A DNA stretch of 64,000 bases. Source: the human T2T-CHM13v2.0 reference genome, Homo sapiens. The position numbers and the translations under genes were made by a program. The notes under the pieces were generated by a model, which was given only the letters and a program-made list of their open reading frames with translations, was not told the origin of the DNA and made no database searches. Each line of letters opens with the position of its first letter. The stretch's first letter is position 1. Where the stretch lies: assembly GCF_009914755.1 (NCBI RefSeq), contig NC_060935.1. One strand, written 5' to 3'. This document shows positions 51,201 through 62,199 of this stretch, piece by piece.

Positions 51201-54200
51201 GTTTTGAGGGCTATAGAGAGAAATGACACGTAATCTTCACTCTCCAAAAGCTCTCCTTCTGGTAATACTTAAAAGAAAATGTCAAGTACATATCCAGATT
51301 CCCAGCAAACAAGTGAATCTTTAGCCTGGTGAGGGCATCATGAATTTCTGATTTCTTCGTGAGGTCTCACTCAAGATGCCTGTATGCCTAGTATTTTTGG
51401 CTTCCCGTTTCAGTGCAGTTTATATTCATTACATTTTTGATGGTACAGTGGAAAGGGGTCTATCTAGGGGACTCAGATTCTTCTGGAAAATTAGGGAGTA
51501 GGATGGGATGATCTTTAAATTCCCTATAGCCCTGACACTGAATCTGTCAATTCTATTTAATTATACCAATGATAAGCCCAGTACTATTCTGAGTACACAA
51601 AGATGAATAAGATAGAGTATCTGTTCCTAAGCAACTTATAATCCAGTTGTAATAATATTAATGTCATTGCTTACATCCATAACAACAAATGAAATGCACC
51701 TCTCTCCTACTATAAGAGGAGTTGTACTGTTTTAAAGGCCGTAGAGGAGATAGAAACAAAGTACTAAGAGCATTTACATACTTCTGATGAGTGGAAAGGA
51801 TCCGAGAATTCACCAGCAGTTAGTTTTGCTCTGAGTCTTGAAAGATCAACGTGATATCAATTGGTAGAGAATGGAAGGAAAAACCTTCCATGCTGAGGGA
51901 ACAGCCTGAGCAAAGGCATGGAGGTGTGACCATACATGACCTACTCCAGAGGAGTAGGCAGCCCACAGGGACATTGGGAGGGGTGATAGGAGACACTACT
52001 CTACCCAGAAATTCTTGACCCTCATCTGACCCCCCCCATTAGAAGGAAGAAAGTATCTGAGTTGTCGGGGGAGCCAGGAAGTGACAAATTAAACCCTGTC
52101 AAGGGAACATACTAAATGCAGTGGCATTTAGTATGCGCAATGGGGAGATCCCTTTACATAATTCTTTATCTCAAGAAAAAAGAAAAGGGAAGAGAGGAAG
52201 GAGAGAAATCCTTTGCTAGCCCAACCCAGCCCTTTCTGGGGGCGTATTCATTCATTCATTCATTCGTAGGCTTGTCAGTGTGACATTGTGTTTGCCCTCC
52301 TGAAAGCCATACATCTTACTTTCAAAACCTCCAACAGCCTTCAACCCCCTGCAGACCCCAGTGTTCCAAGGCTGACCTTTTGGTAGGAGGCTTACTCCCC
52401 TCCAAGGCTGGTGGAGGGGAGACGGCACCTCTTGTGCTCAGGCCTTCCTTGTCGCTGGCTTGTGGACAGGAGTCCTTTCTTCTCTAGGAAGGATTAGTGC
52501 TTTTCTTAAATTCGACTCTGAAGTTCTGAAAAGCCTACCAACTGTGTACTTCCACAAGCTTTTTATTTTAATTTTTATACATCTTCTTCCTTTCTTTCCA
52601 AGGTCTCTGGGTACCCCCAGAGAAGGAAAGAGACTAAGTCTTTAAGCTACTTGCAAAAATGTCTGCACACAGTTTGCCTTCATGATCCTAGAGATGGCAT
52701 TTCTGGGGTTTCATTTCCTGCATGTAATATGACAGTAATGCAGACAACTGCAGAAATAGGGGACCAGGCAGGGAGGCCTGAGTTTTACTCCTGTTTGGTG
52801 GCTTTCAAGTCAGATGAAGAGGATCAATCACTCTCCATCTCTGAGCCTTTCTCTGCAAAATAGCAAAAAGGATCCTTTTCAGTATTGCTGTGATGAGGTA
52901 TTTTCAGTATTGCTGTGAAAGGTGTCCAGTACCATGCTCAATAAATAGCCACTACTATGGCTAGGGTTTTCATGCGGCAGGCAATGTGAAGCTCTTCTGT
53001 GGTATTTTTATATTCAAGCCCAGCTATTTGGAGGCAAAATGGGCTCCCTCTGACAAGCTATCTAGCTCATTCCCTCCTCCCCATGGGGTGCCACAGTGCT
53101 TCTGATCCTTCTTTTGTCATTTTAAGACCATGTAAAAGCTGACATCCCCCCATCAGCCTTGCCTCATGTGTGGGTGGAGAGGCGTCAGCCCACATCATGC
53201 ATGGGAGCAGTCTAGAGAGCCTACTTTGTCTGAAGTTCCCCTGGCCGGCCCCCACCGTGTCTGAGCTTTTTCCCATTAGTCATTGCTTTGGCTGAAAGAG
53301 TGGAAGACCCCTGTTAAACTGAAATATGTTATCTGGGAAATACATTAAGCCATTAACAGCTGGACACAAATTAGTTTATCAGACAGAGGCTGGGCTTGCA
53401 GAATTTAGGAGTGAGAAGGAACTTTATAGATCATCAGTTTCTTAGTGAAGAAAAGAAGGTCCACTGATGAGTAGCTCTTGCTCAAGGAAACACCAGTGGC
53501 ACCTTTTGGGATGCCAGGCCTCAACCCTGCCTCCTGGCCTGAACCCCTCTTCATTCCACCTTGATGAGCAAGATGGACAGTCCAACTTTCATTCAGGAGA
53601 TATTTATCATGTGGCTGCCATAGCTGGGCAGGTGCTGAAAATTCAGAGAAGCATGGGAGGCAGACATGGGAGTGTTGAGTGATTGAACGATGTGGGACAG
53701 GTCTCTTGTATGGTGGGACGGGAAAGGTCTGGAACAGAGGACACCACTCAGTGAAAGGCAGATCCAGACTCTGAGGGGTCAGCCCCACCAGGGGCTCCAC
53801 AGTACCAGAACACTGGGACCCTACCTCGTGGCTACCATGAGAGTTCAAGAATGGTCATGCTCAGGGAGATAGGCTAAGCTGGCAGTCAGGGCCAGGGGAT
53901 GGGTCAGAAAGCCATGAGCTGAAAAAAGAGGACAACAGCTGGAAGGCACCAGACCACACTTCAGGGCAGACCTTCATAAGCATTGTTCCATGTGGTCAAC
54001 ACAGACTGATCTCTTTCCGCTACTTCACATCAAAGGTCTTGGTGGAAGATTATGGAAATAGGAGGAAGGAGAAAGGTGGTAGGAGGGGTTTGGTGGATGA
54101 GGAGGTTGTGAGAAGCCACTTCTGTCTCTGCAAATCTACAGGGTCCTGACACCTGTGAACTCACAGCCATTACCCTTTGGAACCATCTGTACCATCATGC

Positions 54201-54614
54201 TGGTGATATCAGGCATCTCTTCCACTCACCTCTTCTTGCTTGGGTCCTCATACCCATCCCCTGCATGATTTCAACAGACATCTAATTGGTCTCCCTTCCT
54301 CCAGTCTCTACCTTTTTAAAGCTATCTTCTTGCTGTTACTAGGTCTTCTTAAAATGGGAGCTTGGACAAATCATTCCCCTATTTATAAGAATTAAGAATA
54401 GAGTGTCCTTTACAGCAATCTTGCTTGTCCCAGCCTACCAAATAACCCCATGTGATGTGAACACACAGAACCTGCCATGAACTTTCACCCCTCTACACCC
54501 TTGCACATGCTATTCCACCTTCCTGAGATGCTTCTCTCCTCTTGTCAAACCTGCCAGAAGCAGGTCAGCATCACCTCTGTGAAGTCCTTCCATGCTCCCC
54601 AGCCTTGTGCATTG

Positions 54615-54916
54615 TTCTTTTCTTTTTGCAGAGTTTGTGGAGGTCTTACTCTGTTGCCCAGGCTGGAGTACAGTGGAACCATCATAGCTCATTGCAGCCT
54701 TGAACTCCTGGGCACAAATGATCCTCCCACCTTAGCCTTCCAAGTAGCTGGGACTAAGGCATGCACAATCACACCTGGCTAATTTTTAAAATTTTATGTA
54801 GAGACAAGGTCTCACTATGTTGTTCAGTCTGGTCTTGAAATCCTAGACTCAAGCAATCCTCACACCTTGGCCTCCCAAAGTGCTAGGATTACAGGTGTGA
54901 GCTACCGCGCTCAGCC
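54615..54916 (-). mobile_element. AluJ (antisense to NAV2) inside an L2 (54240-55165)
   Basis: Diverged dimer with J diagnostics gaactcctgggcacaaatgatcctcccacc and ctcaagcaatcctcacacc. Confidence 0.9.
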
Positions 54917-55914
54917 AGCTTTTTTCTTTATGACCCAGCTGTACACTATACAGGCCTCTTTTGTAGCACCTGTTGCATTACATTGCAACTGTTGGTGTAT
55001 TTGTCCATTTTCTTACTAGACTGTGTGTGTGCATGGTAGGGATACACACATACACACAGAGAGAGACACATACCCCAGACAAGGAATCCTCCCTGATTCT
55101 CAACACCCTCGGCAAAGCTGGGTAAGTGCATCATGGTAGATGCTCAAGGAGTGTTTGCTAAATGAGCTAGAATACCTATGACCTAAGGTGTGTGAGATCT
55201 GAAGGGAAAGGTCACAGGCTTTATTCTCTTTAATTAAAGCTGAGGCAGGTACCTTCTGTATCTCCCTCCACACCTTCCCATCTCTCCTTGTACCATGAGT
55301 GGTATTTTTTCACCTTTTTCCAGCAAAGATTGGAAACTAGTTGCTCATTCAATGACTTTCTGCAGATGTATAGATCGTAAATGTTGTGGCTATCCTAGAA
55401 AGTATAATGAACCTAATGATGTTTTCCCAGAAAATGTATAAATCCCTGATCTTGCAGTATTTTCACACAATCAGGATTTTGGATTCTTTATCCAGCCACT
55501 CAACTCCAAGGAACTTTAGGCTTTAAAAAGCTGTGATAGAGATATCTTGTGTTTTGCTCTCTTAGCCAATAAGATTTGTCAAGCTTTATTTTTGGAAAAA
55601 TTATTTTAGGATTTGTTTTCCAAATATATAAATATATTTTAATACAGAATATGCTTTTTCAAATGACACATGCTCTCTCATTTCTGATATGTTGTCCTAG
55701 CCTGTGCCCCTTCCCTTGAGACAGCAAATATTGCTGCCTCTGTTTCATTCTTCAGAAATGTGTGTAGAGATGTACATAGAAGGGCCTCTTGTAGTCATTC
55801 AGTCTAAGTTAGGGCCCGAGGCAGGATGTGGGATCTGCTGCCTGGGTCTGGCTCAGTCCTAGCTGTAGAGGAAGCTGCATGGACGGACACTAGGACAATC
55901 ATCAACAGCCTTTC

Positions 55915-56450
55915 ATTTGGGAAACATTTACTGAGCTCCCACTATGGGCCACACATTGTTCTGGGTACTGGGGAACAGTAGGGAAACAAAACAGACAAGG
56001 TTGTTGGAATTTGTAGTCTAGTGGGACAAGGCAGAAAAGAAACAAGAATACAGGTTAGCTAAGTTAACTCAGTAGGCAAAACAATGACGATGAGACAACA
56101 GTAATGGAGTGGAAGAGAGTGTGGGAACGAGAAGTTTCAACATTAGGAGTCAGAAGTCTCCCTGAAGAGGTGCCATTAGACATGAGACCATGGGCAAGTC
56201 TAGGGGGAAACAGTGCTCCGGGGAGTGGGACTATCACGTGCAAAGGTCCTGAGGTAGGAATGATTTGGATGTGTTTGAGAAAAAGAAAGCAGACCACTGT
56301 TGCTGCAACACAGCTGGCCAGAGGGTGGGAGACCAGGTTGCAGGTCATAGAAGAGAGCTGGGATTTTTAAACTCTGAAAGGAAATCAAGTCCTGAAAGGT
56401 TTAGGTAGGGTGACAAGTTGATCTAATTGCCATGTTTTAAAGATTAGAAT
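55915..56450 (-). mobile_element. L2
   Basis: aacatttactgagctcccactatgggcc ... gtgcaaaggtcctgaggtagga ... atgttttaaagat. Confidence 0.75.
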
Positions 56451-57018
56451 GAAAAAGATTAGGACCAATTTTATCACCTTTCCTCATTATGAACAGTTTT
56501 GACTACGGAAATGAATATATAATAAAGCAATCCATGATTTCTCATTATAACTCTCTGCCAGTGGGGGAGAGCCAGGATTTCCATCCTAGGATGTCATGGC
56601 TGCCCAAATCAGAAACAAGTTCCGAGGTCTGGGTGGCTAGTGCCATCTTTCCTTGGGGAGCTGAAGGATTCTTGAGCCTTTTCAGGATACCGAAAGTTGC
56701 TGGGGACCCCTGGAGGGTCACTGCCAGATGAGAGGATGCTGGACCTAGGACAAGGGTTGGGCAGGAAGGTGGGGAGGTCCCCAGTCCTCAAAGGAAGGCA
56801 CCCGGGGCCTGTGGCAGGTGGAGCAGGCAGACGAGGAAATAAAGGCCACAGGCTGCCTCCTCTGTCGCTGCCTGACCTCTCCTCCTCTCCAGAGGGCCTT
56901 GAATGGCCTTTCTCCAGCAGCGGCCAGGCAAGGTGTGTTTGGAAATACCCAAACTCTGTCCTTCACGTGGCAGGAAATAAATATTGCTGGGAACGCAGCG
57001 TGTGGGCTGGGGCAGGGG

Positions 57019-57067
57019 TGTGTGTGTGTGTGTGTGTGTGTGTGGTTAGAGTTGTGGGGGTCAGAAA

Positions 57068-57119
<52 letters not shown>

Positions 57120-57141
57120 TTAGAGTTGTGGGGGTCAGAAA
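57019..57141. repeat. Compound tandem repeat: (TG)13-unit-(TG)25-unit
   Basis: The 23-bp unit GTTAGAGTTGTGGGGGTCAGAAA occurs exactly twice (57045-57067, 57119-57141), each copy preceded by a TG run. Confidence 0.97.
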
Positions 57142-57908
57142 TGCATCCATCCTGCAGCCATAGTTCCAACTGCTCCAGGGGGAGGCGGCTCTGTCAACTT
57201 GCGTGAGTTCTGTGCAGAAAGAAAATGCGGATGGAGATGAGTGCGCATAGTGAGGCGCCGGCTGGTGTCTGAGCTAAGAACCCATGGGGACCCGGGAGCC
57301 ATGAACTGCGCTCCACAGCCCCTTCCCCCGGCCTCACCCCTACCCATCTTCTGCCCAAGGCTCTCCCTACTACCCACGCCCTCCCCGAAATAGTTAAGTA
57401 TCCTCCCACCAACTCCGACCATCTTTCCCCCTTCGCGCCCACCGGCGGCAGTGGCGAAGGGCCCACTGAAGCGCCGGGTGCCACGCGGGGCGGCCCGCGG
57501 GCCAGCTAGGGGGCGGGGAACTCACCAGCCGCCGACCCCCCCCCCCACCCCGCCCTCGGCCGCCGCGGCCCCAGCGGCCTCCGCGCTGCGAGGAGCGGGC
57601 GCTTGGACACAGGGCGAGTTGTTTGATTTGGCGGAGGCGGGGAGGCCGGCGGGGAGCGAGCGAGGGAGGCACGAGAGCTGGGCAGCGCGGGCGCCGGTCT
57701 CCAGGGTAGGGTCCCCGCGCGCAGCAGCGGCCCCGGGGCGGGGGCGAGGCGACCGCGGGCGCCGGGGATGCCTGGAGGGGCCGCGGCCGAGAGGAGACCC
57801 GGGACTGGACGGCCAGACCTGCCGGGCGCGCGGGCAGGTGCTTCGGCTTTTTTTTTTTTTCCCCTCCTCCTTTTTCCTCTGCCCCTTCCTTCCTCGCCCT
57901 GAAGTAAG

Positions 57909-57959
57909 ATGAGCGTGATGCTGTGGCGCTGGGAACAGAATAACACCACCATGAAGCTG
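57909..57959 (+). CDS. NAV2: Alternative N-terminal coding exon MSVMLWRWEQNNTTMKL (phase 0)
   Basis: ATG at 57909 has A at -3. 17 codons are followed by the donor CTG|GTAAGG at 57960. Lies in a CpG island. Peptide recalled as a NAV2 isoform N-terminus joining IYTDWANHY. Confidence 0.82.
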
Positions 57960-58367
57960 GTAAGGGTGGATTGCAGACCGCACCCCCTGGGCGCTGCTCT
58001 ACTTTTTAACCCCCCACCCCGCCCCCCATCCCCTTTAGGAACTGGCCCGGGTGGTGGAAAGCCCCTGAAATGCATTCCGCACTTGGTATTTCCCTTATTG
58101 TTTTGAAGCTAGATCTCAGGGGAGGTGTGTGTGTTTAAACCAGGAAAGTCGATGTGTGTATGTCTCTGGTTGTGAGTCATTGAAGGGGGGTGGGACTGGG
58201 CTGCATTATCTCTCCGTCCCTTCCACCTACGAATTCCTGGAGCTCTCTTGGATTGCACACGCTGGGATTGTCTCCTACGAGCATGTCTGCGCCCTCACAG
58301 CCTGTCCCGGGACAGCGTGGTCCGCGTCCCCCGAGCCCCCATTGTGTCTTGATACTTTGGGGTGCAC

Positions 58368-58424
58368 ATGGCTATTGATCTCTACTGCGGTTTGGCTTGT
58401 CTGTGGGGAATACATGAGCCCCGA
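58368..58424 (+). CDS. NAV2: Alternative N-terminal coding exon MAIDLYCGLACLWGIHEPR (phase 0)
   Basis: ATG at 58368 (cacATGg). 19 codons are followed by the consensus donor CGA|GTGAGT at 58425. Same phase as the neighbouring exon. Peptide recalled as a NAV2 isoform N-terminus. Confidence 0.82.
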
Positions 58425-58935
58425 GTGAGTGAGTATGCACCGGGTCCTCCTCCCGCCTCTCACAATGGCTTAGTTCTCTTTCAAGCTTGCAAAGAACCAT
58501 CCAGGGTGCAGGTACTTTTTCCCTCCTCCGTTTTCAAAAATAACCGCCTATCAGTCCCGGGAGAGCTGAGGATAGCAGGATTTTCCTTGCTGCCCAAAGA
58601 AGCCTGAGTTGTTTCTCCATCCCAAAGAGGAAATGTGATCGGAAATCTCTGGGTTTTGCTTTTGTGAATTGTTTTTTTATCGGATAGTTTCAACTGGCGG
58701 GGACCATAATTCCCCCATTAAAGTCAGCCAGTGCTGTGGCCAAGTCGGTTAACCCCCTTGGATGTTAGTTTCCTTCTCGGTAAAATGGAGCAAGTTCCCA
58801 CCTTGTAGAACTAGTGCCAGGATAAGAAATCATATTTGTGGATTGCCTGGCATATAAAAAGGATTCAGTAAGAAATAGGTATGATTAATAAACTGGAATG
58901 CATACTTACTGGTGTGAGGTCTTTAAAGATGCTAC

Positions 58936-58998
58936 CAAAAACAAAAACAAAAACAAAAACAAAACACAAAAAAAACAAAAAGAAAGAAAGAAAAGAAA
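58936..58998. repeat. A-rich (AAAAAC)n/(AAAG)n simple repeat
   Basis: Direct reading. Confidence 0.9.
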
Positions 58999-61449
58999 GT
59001 CACAGCAGCTGCATTGGATACCAAGATGCTAAATCAACCAAAGCTGGGTCTTCATATAATGAACTTATTTGTTGGAAAAATGGCACCTTGCTTTTCATAC
59101 TTCTTGTGTTATGTTTGGCCTGCCTAACTTTAAGCTACTATTTTACAACTTCATTTAATGTGCTGTAACATTAGCAGACGTTATGCACCTTTGCTATACT
59201 ATGTCATGATTCCAGCTCCCTAATCCTTTCCTGGAATCTTTCTCCAACCAGACTGGTGTGGAAGAGGCCAGAGTTTCACATAATTTCTCTCCAAGCTGTA
59301 CCTGAGATGCCACTCTAACAGGCAGCATAGGAAAGCTGGGTCCCGATCTGAACTGCATAGGGTCAGGTTGCCAAACCTAAATGCTTTTTAAAAAAGAAGA
59401 AAAAGAATGATTTGCCAGGCAGGGAAAACGTGGAGCCTCCCAGGGGATGGCTTCTGGAGCTTGGTGGCAGGTGGCCATGGTAAGGGCTGGGATGTCTTCT
59501 CCACTCCGATATTGCTGCCCGTTTAGTCTATGGAGGGAGCTTTCCTCAACAAGGGTCAGGGGTCAGCCTTTATTGGGTCTGCCTGAATCTTTAGAGCTGT
59601 CTCACTTTTCAAATTAACTGTGAGGACCACCCAAGGTAGTTATGGTCCACCAAAATACCCTTTCCCCATGAGGTGGAGGAAGGGCTAGGGGAGCTCAAGC
59701 AACTGGGAAGCCCTGAGGGAGTAGCAGTTTCTGTCCCGTGTATCCCACTGCCCCAGAGCCCAGGCAGGAAGAGGCATGACTGGGTCTTGGCGTCCAGATA
59801 GCCTCAGATATCCTCAGTGATGAGCCTCAGCTTTTCTGTGAATGCTAGAAACCACTGATACATCATTAGCTGAAGTATCATTAGTTTGCATTTTGTTCAT
59901 TCACTTATTGATTGATCAATTTACCCTTTATTTGTTGTGTGTTTTGTGCAGAGCACAGCCTTGGTGCCTGTGTTCGTTGTGAAAGATTTTGCTTGCAGAT
60001 GATTCTTGGTTTGAATTCCAGCCTTGCCACTTACTAATCCCTGAATCAGTTTTCCTCTTTTGTAAAAGGCTGTTTTACAACTCTCTTTCCCCAGGTTGTG
60101 AAAAGATGAAATGGCATAATACAGGAACATGATCCAGCATAGAGTTGGAAGCATGTTTGTCTGTTAAATGGGAACTATCATTATTTTCTTCAGTGGTAAA
60201 TGAGACATAATCTGTCCCCACTCTACGTTGTACTGTTGGGTGAATGGTTGGTTCTTCTAATGGGCCCTGGGAAAACAAACCTTTCTTACCTTTGAATCAT
60301 TAGTAGCCCTCAGCAGGAAGGAGCTCCCTGGGAACATCTTGGAAGTCAATTGTGTGTGAATAACTGCTCCAGAATGAGGCCTGGGGCCAGAGGTGTGTGC
60401 CCGAACTTTTATCACTGATGCACTTCAATAAACATGAAATCAGTTAACCCACAGCTTGAAAATGCATTGTTTTGTTTGAATAGTAGAATTAAAGGTCTTG
60501 CTTCATGTTCTATTTTAAGGCTAATTGGATCAAAAATAAGGCCCAGAGTAATTAGAGGCAAAACTTGCATCTTTATATGTTATCTCTGCAGGGGAATGTC
60601 AGAAATGCACCTGCCCACCTAGGAGAGAAGGCAGTAGCTGGTAGATCCTACATCTGTCCAAATCCCATCTGACAGGGTCACAGGCCTTTGATGAAAGTGA
60701 GAGGAGGTGACTGCCCAGGTCCAAAGCACCCACTGGGAGGGGATAAGCTTGGGGCACAGCCACAGAGCATACTGTGGGTGGTTCTGACATTCTTACCACC
60801 TTCCCTCCACACCCTAGTTCCCTTCTTTTAAATTCTTTGGACTTAGGCAGAGCAAGGAGAAACAATGAGGCCACTTATGGAGCAGCTGGTATTATTTGAG
60901 GAGTGGTAGAGTCCAAGAATGGCAAAAGGAAAGGCACTGAGAGAGGCCCCCTGGCAGCCTGTGCTAATGCACGGAGTGCAGGTAGTCCAGTCAGAAAGAC
61001 CTGTAGCCAGAGCTCTGCACAGGAGCCACTGCCTTGTGACATGGGCCAGTTGCTTTACCTCTTCGATCTTTGGTTTTCTCATTGTAAATTGAGACTACAG
61101 CACCTCACAGAATTACAGTAAAAATTAGGGAAAAAAATGTATCCGGATTTGAGCTCAGCGTTCTGCAATTAGTTGGTGGTCAGTGAATGGTTGCTCATAT
61201 GATGACGGACGAGATGAACCAGTAGTGTGTGCATTTCTCCACACACAGAGAAAAGACTCAACAGAAACATTCCCAAAAGTCAATAGTGCCAAGTTCTTGG
61301 GGGGAAGTTACCAGGACTGTTTTTTGTTTGTTTGTTTGTTTGTTTGTTTTTGGTCTATACTTTTCCTTATATTCTAGTTTTGTACAAAGCTCATATGTTA
61401 CATTTATCATCAAGAAAAGATTTTTTAAATTACTGCTAAAATCATATTC

Positions 61450-61670
61450 ATAGCTAACATGTGTTGAACCTTTACTTTGAGCTTTATGTGTATGATTCTA
61501 TTTCATCTTCTCTACAATCCTCTGAAATAAAAACTATTATTATCTCCAGTATTCGGATAAAGAAATTAAGGCTCAGAGAGTTAAATGACTTGCCTAAGAT
61601 TCCAGAGCTAGTAACTTTAGAAGTGCTGCTTTGTCTGATGGCAAAGGCTGTACCTTGAACTGCTGTATCA
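61450..61670 (-). mobile_element. MIR
   Basis: gataaagaaattaaggctcagagagttaaatgacttgcctaag. Confidence 0.75.
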
Positions 61671-61983
61671 GACACCCTGGATGCCTCCTAGAGCGCTGCA
61701 GGGCCTGCTGCTGAGGTGGGTCTGCATGAGCGTGCAGTATAGATGCCTGTGCTCACTGCTGCAGTTCTCTCTGTGAGGGGCCTCTCTGTTCACTGCAATC
61801 CCCTCTTAGCCCCTTTGATCAGGGACATCCTGGGAGGGAGGTGGAGAGGAGAGTGGGGATGGGTTGGGTCATCACCCTTCTGCGTCTTGGAAAACACTTA
61901 AGGGGGCTCTTCCTCAAAATGAAGGAGAAAGTGGCTCTGCATGAAGAATAATTGAGAATAATGATGATGAGGGAATGTGCCCC

Positions 61984-61996
61984 TGACCTTTGACCT
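61984..61996 (-). promoter_or_regulatory. Perfect DR1 nuclear-receptor element AGGTCA-A-AGGTCA
   Basis: Plus strand reads TGACCTTTGACCT, in apparently unique sequence. Confidence 0.5.
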
Positions 61997-62199
61997 TTCC
62001 CCAGAGAGGCATTGGTCAAAGACCCCCTGGGCCTGTCCACAGCCAGGCTAACAAGCAGATTAAAAGAGGTCAGTGGGTTAAAGGGCTCTGTCTGCTTCCC
62101 TGTAGTTATATTGCTCCCTCCCAAAGGCCAGGATGCTGTGGGCCCTGCAGAACTCCTGAGCTCCCAGGTGCTGTGTTTAAAAGACAAATGCTCCTTTAG

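Larger units (their letters stand above)
57250..58460. promoter_or_regulatory. CpG island / internal alternative promoter (core ~57430-57850)
   Basis: Sharp rise in GC and CpG content. GC boxes at 57487-57493, 57509-57518 and ~57630-57642. Lies immediately upstream of and across the two first coding exons. Confidence 0.9.

Noticed and set aside
57045-57141. CRISPR-like repeat-spacer array
   Set aside because: Only two repeat copies, the spacer is a TG microsatellite, and the context is mammalian.
56697-57206. Cys-Val and His-Thr repeat proteins
   Set aside because: Translations of the (TG)n/(CA)n microsatellites.
57394-58075. Long Arg/Pro/Gly-rich ORFs on both strands (up to 189 aa)
   Set aside because: Expected consequence of stop-codon depletion in a CpG island; no domain or codon evidence.
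57960-58607. Full-length reading of ORFs 57909-58106 and 58362-58607
   Set aside because: Consensus splice donors interrupt both after 17 and 19 codons; the remainder is intronic read-through.
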